DNA from: Myxococcales bacterium | GTDB taxonomy: Bacteria; Myxococcota_A; UBA9042 | Length of the DNA stretch: 64,000 bases | NCBI GenBank assembly: GCA_009692425.1 | Contig: SHZF01000004.1 | Location: forward strand, 10,175 to 74,174 | Reading direction: 5' to 3' | In this document: positions 1-7,274 of the stretch, piece by piece | Position numbering within the stretch: position 1 is the stretch's first letter | How the letters are laid out: each line of letters opens with the position of its first letter | Program-made: the position numbers and the translations under genes | The notes under the pieces: model-generated | What the model saw: only the letters and a program-made list of their open reading frames with translations | Databases searched by the model: none | What the model was told of the DNA's origin: nothing

Positions 1-655
1 CCTTGTCGTTGCAGTCCTCCTTGGTCACGCAGGCGCTGCACTTCGACTTATCGGTGCCCCCATCGAGGCACGCCTCACCGACTGCGCAATCGGCCTGCGT
101 CATGCAGCAGCCGCCCTTGTAGCTGTACTTGCAGACGTTGTAGGCGCAGTAGTCGAACGAACAGAAGACGCCGTCATCGCAATCGATGTCGTTCTGGCAC
201 GGCGAGCTGACGACGTAGTAGACGGAGCCGCGCGCCTCTGGGTTCGTGAGCTTCGTGCCGTTGTCGGAGGCGAGCGTGCACGTCAGCAGGTGCGTGCCCT
301 TGCTCATGTTGTTGAACGTGAACGAAGACGACTTGGTCGTGCCGACCGCAACATTGTCGATGTCGCACGCGACTTGCCCTAGGGTGAAGTCGCTGGTTAT
401 AAAGGCGAACTCCACCGAGGCCTTCTGGCCAGGCTGGACGAACGTAGACGACCAGTTGGCCGGCGCCATCACCTTCAGCGTCGGTTGCGTCAAGGCAAAG
501 GTCTCGACGTGGAATTCCGCATCGACGCCCGCCGCGTCGGGTGCGTGCGCGGGCGCGGGAGGCGGGCCCTCTTGCGTACACCCGGCGAGCCCGATTCCGG
601 TTAGCCCGCCCCCGGCAAGCGCGAGAACGGCGAGCGATGGCAGGCATGAGCGCAT
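1..655 (-). CDS. Cys-rich repeat lipoprotein (3' end runs off window)
   Basis: Not in ORF track; translated by hand from ATG 655: MRSCLPSLAVLALAGGGLTGIGLAGC (lipobox LAGC), an Ig-like segment (GTHLLTCTL), then CQNDIDCDDGVFCSFDYC...CCMTQADC Cys repeats; GAGG upstream; open to position 1. Confidence 0.85.
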   Translation of the reverse strand, partial: MRSCLPSLAVLALAGGGLTGIGLAGCTQEGPPPAPAHAPDAAGVDAEFHVETFALTQPTLKVMAPANWSSTFVQPGQKASVEFAFITSDFTLGQVACDIDNVAVGTTKSSSFTFNNMSKGTHLLTCTLASDNGTKLTNPEARGSVYYVVSSPCQNDIDCDDGVFCSFDYCAYNVCKYSYKGGCCMTQADCAVGEACLDGGTDKSKCSACVTKEDCNDK

Positions 656-1094
656 GGAACGGCCTCTGGGCGAGGCCTCCACGGGCAAGGCACGCAAGGC
701 CCCGGCCGGCTCGATGCAGAGGTACTGGCGGACACGGCGCTCGATTCGCATCTCAACCCTCTCAACGACAGGCCTCGCCGGGGCCGCGGCAGGGCGCGAG
801 CGGTGGGGCGGATGGATCGAAGCGGGCGAAGAAGGAGAGATCCAGGTTGCCGAGCTTGCGCTGGCGCACACTTGCGCGGGCCGGTTGCCCGCGCCATCCC
901 TGAACCCTCTGCTTCGCCGTACTCTCGATCATCGCACCGAACCGTCGGCTTGGCGCCGCGCTCCGGGACTCAGTTGTCGCGTCGGCACGGTTGCGCGTGC
1001 AACCGTTGTCGACACAGTTGCAGGTGTCGACACTGCTGCAGGGGATCGGAGGGACGCGGTGGCTCTGCCCATTGGGCGTCGGTCCGAGTGGCGG

Positions 1095-1213
1095 CGACGT
1101 CTCTGAGAGGACGACGTCTCCGAGAGGACGACGTCTCCGAGAGGACATAGCCGCCCGGAGGACACAGCCGCCCGGAGGACATTGCCGCCGGGAGGACACT
1201 GCCACCGGGAGGA
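1095..1213. repeat. 7 x 17-bp tandem repeat with invariant GAGGA
   Basis: Units cgacgtctctgagagga, cgacgtctccgagagga x2, catagccgcccggagga, cacagccgcccggagga, cattgccgccgggagga, cactgccaccgggagga. Confidence 0.9.
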
Positions 1214-1384
1214 GGCAGAGAGCCGGGTGGATCAAACCCGAACTCTCGATTCTGAACGGCAGTTCGCCGTTTCGTCGTCACCCAGGCGCACGCAGCGCCG
1301 TGAAACGACCCTCCATCGGGCAGGCTAACAAAGCGATGGCGCAATGGCAAGCAGATGATTTCGAGCGGCGGCGCCGGACGAGTC

Positions 1385-2104
1385 TCACGGCCTGAGCTGG
1401 GGCAACTCGAGGGCGCGCCCTGCGCCGAGTTGCACTGCATATTGCGACCCGTGTGCAGCCACGAGTGCGCTGCGGTGGGCAGCGGAAGTCGCGGTCGTGA
1501 GCGCCGCGTAGGTCGTGGCGGCGCTGCCGCACAGCGCGAGTCCGGCGCCCGCGCTAGGCTCGGTGGCTACGTTCAAGGCGATGCCATGACCCGCGACCCC
1601 GTGGGCTTCGTGCAAGCCCAGGCTGGCGAATTTGCCGCCAGCGAACCACACGCCGGCGTCGGCGCCACTGCGCACTTCCGCGGCACAACCGTATGAACGG
1701 GCCAGTTCTGCGGCGGCGAACAACAATTCGGCAGCGAGGCCTGCGAGACCAGTGCGTTCACAGCGCACCGCAACGAAAGCAACAAGTTGGCCGGGCGCAT
1801 GCAGCGTGCCGAGGCCGCCGCGTGGAGCGGGCTCCACCGCGATGCGCTGCGTGGCGCACTGGGCGATCGTGGCAGCGAGCGCGGCCCGTCCGGCGGGCAG
1901 GTGGGCGCGCCGGCCCAGCGTAAAGATGGGCTCGGCAGGCTCGAACAGGAGGAGTTCCGCGCAGCCAGTTTCCGCCACGACGGCCTCCGCGGCGGCGTTG
2001 GCGGCCAGCGCGGTGCCGAACGGAATGCGGCCGAGCCAGCGCGTGCGTGCGCCGCGGAGCCACCCGCTTGCGCAAGTGCAGGCCGGGTTCAGCGACGCAT
2101 TCAT
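1385..2104 (-). CDS. lipB: Lipoyl(octanoyl) transferase LipB-like
   Basis: IFTLGRR, RGGLGTLHAPGQLV, GVW...GKFASLG, HGIALNV, LCG motifs; start overlaps cdsA stop. Confidence 0.75.
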   Translation of the reverse strand: MNASLNPACTCASGWLRGARTRWLGRIPFGTALAANAAAEAVVAETGCAELLLFEPAEPIFTLGRRAHLPAGRAALAATIAQCATQRIAVEPAPRGGLGTLHAPGQLVAFVAVRCERTGLAGLAAELLFAAAELARSYGCAAEVRSGADAGVWFAGGKFASLGLHEAHGVAGHGIALNVATEPSAGAGLALCGSAATTYAALTTATSAAHRSALVAAHGSQYAVQLGAGRALELPQLRP

Positions 2105-2946
2105 CCGCGCAGCGCGAGCCAGGCCTGGACGACCGCCCCGCCGAACAGGACGCCATCGACGCGATCGAGCATGCCGCCGTGCCCAGGCAGCAGTGCGCCC
2201 GAGTCCTTGGTATCGGTGGCGCGCTTGAACAGGGACTCCGCGAGATCGCCGAGTTGGCCGGCAATGCCCACGGCGGCACCCAGCGCCAACCCACCGACAA
2301 CGGCGCCGCCGGGGAGGAGCGCCCAGATCGTGAACAGTCCTGCCGCCATGGATGCGATCAGCCCCCCTACGGCGCCCTCGACCGTCTTCTTCGGGCTGAC
2401 GAGCGCGTGGAAGCGGCGGCGCCCGAATGCCCGGCCCGCGAAATAGGCACCCGTGTCACCGGCGAACACGATGACGAAAGTGCCCATGAGGGCGCCGCGC
2501 CCTTCGTCGAAGGGTCCCAGCACGAACCCGCCGACCTGGGCCGATGCGGCAGCCGGCAGCGCCGACCGCCCGTACATTGCGACGAGCGCGCCGATCAACA
2601 TGCCGACGTATCCGATCGCCAGCACCCCGAGCCCCGCGCGGCGGGCGGCCGTGCCCACGTCATCGACGCGCCACAGGGCGATCGTCATCGCGCCGAGGGG
2701 TCCGAGCGCCACGACCATGGGCCACAGGGCGGGGCCGAGCAGGGGGGAGAGCGCGACGGCGACGGTCAGGACCTCGCATACGATGCGGTCCAGCATCCGC
2801 ATGTCGCGGTACATCCGCAGGAGTTCGGCCGTACACCGCCAGGCGGCAAAACCGAGCACGCCATACAGCGCAGCCTTCGGAGCCCACAGCACGACCCACA
2901 CGAGCAGGGGGGCCAGTACGAGCCCGGTGGCGATGCGGACGAACAC
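2101..2946 (-). CDS. cdsA: Phosphatidate cytidylyltransferase
   Basis: DTGAYFAG, SPKKTVEG, GDLAESLFKR...KDSG..LPGHGGMLDRVD; multi-TM. Confidence 0.95.
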   Translation of the reverse strand: MFVRIATGLVLAPLLVWVVLWAPKAALYGVLGFAAWRCTAELLRMYRDMRMLDRIVCEVLTVAVALSPLLGPALWPMVVALGPLGAMTIALWRVDDVGTAARRAGLGVLAIGYVGMLIGALVAMYGRSALPAAASAQVGGFVLGPFDEGRGALMGTFVIVFAGDTGAYFAGRAFGRRRFHALVSPKKTVEGAVGGLIASMAAGLFTIWALLPGGAVVGGLALGAAVGIAGQLGDLAESLFKRATDTKDSGALLPGHGGMLDRVDGVLFGGAVVQAWLALRG

Positions 2947-3044
2947 GGGCGACCTCGCTGGGAACCGGCAGACGCGCGTATGAGGGCGTCGAAAGCGGGC
3001 TTGCGTGCTGCAACGCTACTGCGCGGTGCGCGCGCGAACAAGGA

Positions 3045-3863
3045 TCACGAGCGCGGTGTCGCTTCGGATCGGCCGAACCGGCGTTGGCGGCGGGCATAGT
3101 CGAGCAAGGCGGCGGCCAGTTCAGGCTCCCCGAATTCCGGCCAGGTCGTGTCGGTGAACCACAACTCCGCGTATGCGCACTGCCACAGCAGGAAGTTCGA
3201 CAGGCGCCGCTCGCCGGACGTGCGCACGATGAGGTCGGGAGGCCCGGCCAGAGGGGCAGTCCACAGCGCGGACTCGAAGCGGGTTTCGTCGATCGCGTCC
3301 AGCGCCAGGCGGCCAGATTGCACCTCGGCGGCGAGACGGCGGGCGGCGGCGACGATCTCCTCACGGCCTCCATAGGACAGGCAAAGGCACAGCGTCATGC
3401 CGGTGCCGTCGGCAGTCGCCCGCATGGTCGCTTCGAGGGCCGCGCGCACGCCGAGCGGCAACCGGGCGAGGTCTCCGATCGCCAGCAACCGGATGCCATT
3501 GTCACGCATTTCGCGCAGTTCGCCAGCCAGGTACTCGACGAGCAACCCCATCAGGGCATCGACCTCGCCGCGCGGTCGCGCCCAATTCTGCGCACTGAAC
3601 GCGTAGAGGGTGAGCGTCCGCAGGCCCAAGCGGCGGGCCATGCGCGTGACCGTGCGCACCGTGGCGGCGCCCGCGCGGTGGCCGTCCTGGCGCGCGAGGC
3701 CACGGGCCTGCGCCCAACGGCCGTTGCCGTCCATGACGACCGCGAGGTGGCGGGGCAGACGTCCCTGACACCGCGCGAGGTCGAGGTCGTCTTGCCATGC
3801 CGAACTGGGGGCCGACTGCGTGCCGGTCGCGGCGGCGTAGGCCGGAAAATCATGGGATGCCAT
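3045..3863 (-). CDS. uppS: Undecaprenyl diphosphate synthase (cis-prenyltransferase)
   Basis: PRHLAVVMDGNGRWA, YAFSAQNWARP, SYGGREEI, DLIVRTSGERRLSNFLLWQ; ATG 3863 after AAAGGAG. Confidence 0.95.
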   Translation of the reverse strand: MASHDFPAYAAATGTQSAPSSAWQDDLDLARCQGRLPRHLAVVMDGNGRWAQARGLARQDGHRAGAATVRTVTRMARRLGLRTLTLYAFSAQNWARPRGEVDALMGLLVEYLAGELREMRDNGIRLLAIGDLARLPLGVRAALEATMRATADGTGMTLCLCLSYGGREEIVAAARRLAAEVQSGRLALDAIDETRFESALWTAPLAGPPDLIVRTSGERRLSNFLLWQCAYAELWFTDTTWPEFGEPELAAALLDYARRQRRFGRSEATPRS

Positions 3864-4848
3864 GAGGTTCTCCTTTGACAACCGGCGCCGTGACCGGGGC
3901 CTCGCGGGCAGCCGGCCACGCGCAGCCGCGCCACAGCACCCACCCGGCCCACGCCGCGAGAGGGAGGCTGATGAGTTGAGACGTGGACAGCAGGCCGCCC
4001 AGCCACAGGCCGCGGTCGTCGGCGCGCAGGAATTCGACGCCGAACCGGAACACTGCGTACGACAACATGAACCAGAAGAACACCTCGCCGTCGAAGCGGG
4101 CGCCCTTCTTGTAGCGAGCCCGACACACCAAGAAGATCACCGCGCAAGCCATGGCTTCGTAGAGCTGCGTGGCATGGACGGGCAGGCTGGCCCGGGCGAG
4201 GTCGGACAGGCGGTGTTCGGCGAGGTGGTGGTCCCAGGCCGGCGAGTGGCGCGGGAATGCGAGGCCGAAGGGGCCATCGGTGACCCGACCGAAGCAGCAG
4301 CCGGCGAGGACGCAGCCGGTGCGGCCGAACACGAGGCCCAGCGCGATCGCCCACGCGGCAATGTCGGCAAAGCGCCACACCGGCACCCGGCGGCGGCGCA
4401 GGAACCACAGCCCGGTCGGCACCGCGAGCAGGAAGCCGCCGTAGTAGGCATAGCCGCCGTACCATATCTTGACCACGCGCAGGCAGTCGCGATGCTGGCG
4501 GCACAGCCCGCTGGCGGCCTCGCACCAGTCGCCCAGGCCGGCGTCGAGGCACTGCGCGTCTGCGGCGCACTTCATGCCGTGGCCGAGCGCGAGCGCGGGC
4601 ACGGCCAAGGGGTCGGTGCAGAGGTGGACGTAGTCCCAGAATTGGCCGTCGGCGACAATGTGCAGCGCGCGCGCACCGACCAGGCCGCACGCCAGCATTA
4701 GCAGGCCGCAATCCAAGATGGCATTGCCGTCGAGTCCGACGCGCATTCCTTCGGCGTGGGCCCACAAGATCGCGAGCGTGAAGCCGACCATCAGCAGCGT
4801 AAAGTACGCTGGCAATACGGTGATGCCGAGGTCGAACGAAGGATGCAT
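3850..4848 (-). CDS. lgt: Prolipoprotein diacylglyceryl transferase with Cys-rich insertion
   Basis: C-terminal 332 aa of track ORF 3850..6018 from MHPSFDLG; GARALH, YYGG, GRTGCVLAGCCFG, HATQLYE, RFGVEFLR. Confidence 0.88.
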   Translation of the reverse strand: MHPSFDLGITVLPAYFTLLMVGFTLAILWAHAEGMRVGLDGNAILDCGLLMLACGLVGARALHIVADGQFWDYVHLCTDPLAVPALALGHGMKCAADAQCLDAGLGDWCEAASGLCRQHRDCLRVVKIWYGGYAYYGGFLLAVPTGLWFLRRRRVPVWRFADIAAWAIALGLVFGRTGCVLAGCCFGRVTDGPFGLAFPRHSPAWDHHLAEHRLSDLARASLPVHATQLYEAMACAVIFLVCRARYKKGARFDGEVFFWFMLSYAVFRFGVEFLRADDRGLWLGGLLSTSQLISLPLAAWAGWVLWRGCAWPAAREAPVTAPVVKGEPHGIP

Positions 4849-4853
4849 CGACG

Positions 4854-5798
4854 TCAGCGCCCGGCGGGAGGTGCGACGGCGCTTGCGTCGACCGGCCGCT
4901 TGGCGAGGACCATCTCGAGCGCAATCGCGATGACCCCGGCCGTGATGCCGATGTCGGCGACGTTGTAGACGGGCCAGCCATAGACGCGCTCGGCCCCGAC
5001 GACGAAGTTGTAGACGAAGTCGACGACGACGTGGAAGCGCAGGCGATCGACGAGGTTGCCCAGGGCTCCGCCGAGAATCGCGGCGAGGGCCCAGGACGAC
5101 CAGGCAGTGCCCATGCGCCCCTGCCACAGCGTCCAGCCCATGGCGAGGCTGGCGACCAGTGAGATCACGACGAAAAGCACGTGACGGAAACCAGCTGGTG
5201 CGGTCGCGAGGAAGCTCCAGGCGGCGCCAGGATTCTCGGCATACACATAGGAGAAGTAGCCGTCGATCACCGAAATGGTGCGTTCTCGCAGCAGGTACGT
5301 CACCCCGGGCTCGCGCGGCGCGGTCGGGTCGGCGACGGTGCCGCGCGTCTGCACCGTGTGTGCGTCGAACAGGGACTGCACCGCCGCGGCGTCGACCCGC
5401 CACGCCTTTGCGGCGACCTCGGCGAGCGACTGCCCGACGTCCTGTTGGCGGACCCAGGCGCGGCGCGGCGCCGGAAAGCCAGAGCCCTGCAACGCGGTCA
5501 GGTCGAGCCCGACATCTTCGGCCTGGACCGCGCTGCTGGCGGCACGGCCCGCCCACTTGTGAGCCCGCACGACGAGACCGTTGCGCACCGCAGCGGCAAA
5601 TTCGCCAGCGGAGACGCCGCGCCGGGCGAACGCAGCAGCCACGGTGTGGTCCTCCGGTTGGGCGCCGGCGGGGACGGCGAGCGGGTGGACGACGTTGGCG
5701 AGCGCCTCGATGGCCCACTGCTTGGACCACAGATCGAGGCCCAGGGTCAGCGCGACGCAGGCGAACAGCAGGGTGCGGGCAGGCGGTGGCGACGACAT
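4854..5798 (-). CDS. lspA: Lipoprotein signal peptidase II with large insertion
   Basis: DLWSKQW, NPGAAWS, GGALGNLVDR, VVDF, WPVYNVAD; 314 aa, about twice the usual size. Confidence 0.9.
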   Translation of the reverse strand: MSSPPPARTLLFACVALTLGLDLWSKQWAIEALANVVHPLAVPAGAQPEDHTVAAAFARRGVSAGEFAAAVRNGLVVRAHKWAGRAASSAVQAEDVGLDLTALQGSGFPAPRRAWVRQQDVGQSLAEVAAKAWRVDAAAVQSLFDAHTVQTRGTVADPTAPREPGVTYLLRERTISVIDGYFSYVYAENPGAAWSFLATAPAGFRHVLFVVISLVASLAMGWTLWQGRMGTAWSSWALAAILGGALGNLVDRLRFHVVVDFVYNFVVGAERVYGWPVYNVADIGITAGVIAIALEMVLAKRPVDASAVAPPAGR

Positions 5799-5933
5799 CG
5801 AGACTCCTGCCCAGCGTGCGCGGCGCAGTCGGTTCACCGGCCCGACAACCCGACTGCCCTGGGGGAGATTCCGGGTCCGCGAAAGGGGGCGGGATTGTGC
5901 GGGCGGCGTCGGGCGCCGTCAACGAGATGCTGT

Positions 5934-6083
5934 CCCCCGACCGCCGCCTTCGGCGCATTTTGTCGTTGCCGTCGTCGGTTGGCGGTTCGACGCACCCGGT
6001 GTACGCCTTCACCGCCAACCTCCTAGGCGCCTAGAACTGAACAAGAATTCGGCGTTCAGGGAAGGTTGGCTGGTGCATCGGGG
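5934..6083. repeat. About 150-bp structured dispersed element, copy A (MITE-like or cis-RNA)
   Basis: Reverse complement aligns co-linearly with 52943-53094; stems ggttggcggt/accgccaacc and cccccga/tcggggg. Confidence 0.75.
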
Positions 6084-6178
6084 GGCCCGCGTGCTCGCTG
6101 CCGGTCGCACGACGGTTGCGTGCCGGACCGAGGCCCGCCTACGCTGTGCGTGCGCCCGGTGCGGTGCGGTGAACCTGC

Positions 6179-7030
6179 GTGACACGCGCCTCCCTCGATA
6201 CGGGCAGTCCTTGCCACCATGCAGGCGACGGCCCCCACTGCGTCCTGTGCGGCGCGAACGCAGCCGGCCAGCGGGTCCCAGCCGAGAACGCGCCGATTGC
6301 GGTGGATGCTGCCGTGCGCGGAGCCCTCGACGGTGGAGCGACGGCCATCGTGCTGCGCGGTGGCGACCTGCTGCAGCGCCCCGACGCGCTCGACATGCTG
6401 GCCCGGGCGACGCAGTTCGGGGCACGCGACATCGAAGTGTGGACGGCGGGCCGGGCCTTGGCGCGGGCCGGCGCGGCCGAGGCAGTGCGGGCGGCCGGCG
6501 TGACTCGTGTCGCCATCCCCCTGCACGGCGACACGGCGGCGGCCCACGATTGGGTGGTGGGGCAGGCAGGTGCCTTCCAGCAAGCGCTCGCGGCGCTGAA
6601 GCGGGCGCGCGCTGCCGGTCTGCGCACGACGGTGCTCGCGTCGGTCGTGCGTCCGACGTACCGCCAGTTAGGCGGACTCGTGCAGAAGGCGCTGGCGCTG
6701 CAGGTCGATGGTTTCCGCTTCATCCGGGTCGATGGGACGGAGCGCGAGCGCAATCCCCTGCTCGCGCCGCCGGCGCTGGCGGGTCCGTGGGTGGCGAGCG
6801 CTGTCGTGCGAGCCGAGGCCGCACGCCGGCGAGTCGCCATCGAGGGGTTGCCTGCGTGCGTGCTCGGAACTGCCGCCGCGCACATCGAAACGGGCCTCAG
6901 CGGCTCCGGCGAGCAGGGGCCGCCGTGCGCCACCTGCACATGGCGCGCGCGCTGTGCCGGCATGCCGCCGCTTGCCGTGGTCGCGCACGGGTGGACCGCA
7001 ATCGAAGCCCGCCGGGATGTGCCGCACTGA
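6179..7030 (+). CDS. Divergent radical SAM-like protein (HxsC-like), non-canonical CX8CX2C
   Basis: CHHAGDGPHCVLC, RGGD, IPLHG...HD...G.F motifs, EGLPAC, C-terminal CATCTWRARCAG; GTG start uncertain. Confidence 0.7.
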   Translation: MTRASLDTGSPCHHAGDGPHCVLCGANAAGQRVPAENAPIAVDAAVRGALDGGATAIVLRGGDLLQRPDALDMLARATQFGARDIEVWTAGRALARAGAAEAVRAAGVTRVAIPLHGDTAAAHDWVVGQAGAFQQALAALKRARAAGLRTTVLASVVRPTYRQLGGLVQKALALQVDGFRFIRVDGTERERNPLLAPPALAGPWVASAVVRAEAARRRVAIEGLPACVLGTAAAHIETGLSGSGEQGPPCATCTWRARCAGMPPLAVVAHGWTAIEARRDVPH

Positions 7031-7274
7031 CGGGCGGGAGTCGCGCGCCTCCGGTATCGGCAACCGAAACGCCCATAGAAGCAACAATCTCGCTGGCGGG
7101 GCTTGCAATCCGCACGGTCTGGACCCCATCCTGCAAGGCGCGCAATCTGCGGTCGCCCGATCGGGTCGGCCGCAGCGAACCCCGGAGCCGTCCCCCGGCC
7201 GATCGGTTCGCAGCGCCAGTCCGCAGCGAGCGGCCCACCCGGTGCCGCCGCGCGACCTTGGGACGGAGCCAGTC

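Noticed and set aside
862..875. Sigma-54 promoter TGGCGCACACTTGC
   Set aside because: GG-N9-GC spacing, one base short, and no credible downstream + strand gene
1095..1213. CRISPR array
   Set aside because: 17-bp period with no unique 30-40 bp spacers and no cas genes
246..1440. ORFs 246..1106, 762..1235, 991..1395 and neighbours
   Set aside because: Arg/Pro/Ser-rich shadow frames overlapping the real minus-strand gene or the repeats
4849..6018. N-terminal 390 aa of track ORF 3850..6018 (similar extensions at 6708, 37140, 45863, 60653)
   Set aside because: GC-rich run-on overlapping other genes; true starts with RBS or stop overlap lie downstream
5932..6086. 6S RNA or SRP RNA
   Set aside because: Rod-like fold and a ctgaac..gttcag hairpin are suggestive, but the SRP motif and the usual zapA/ygfA context are absent, and a second diverged copy at 52943 argues for a repeat family
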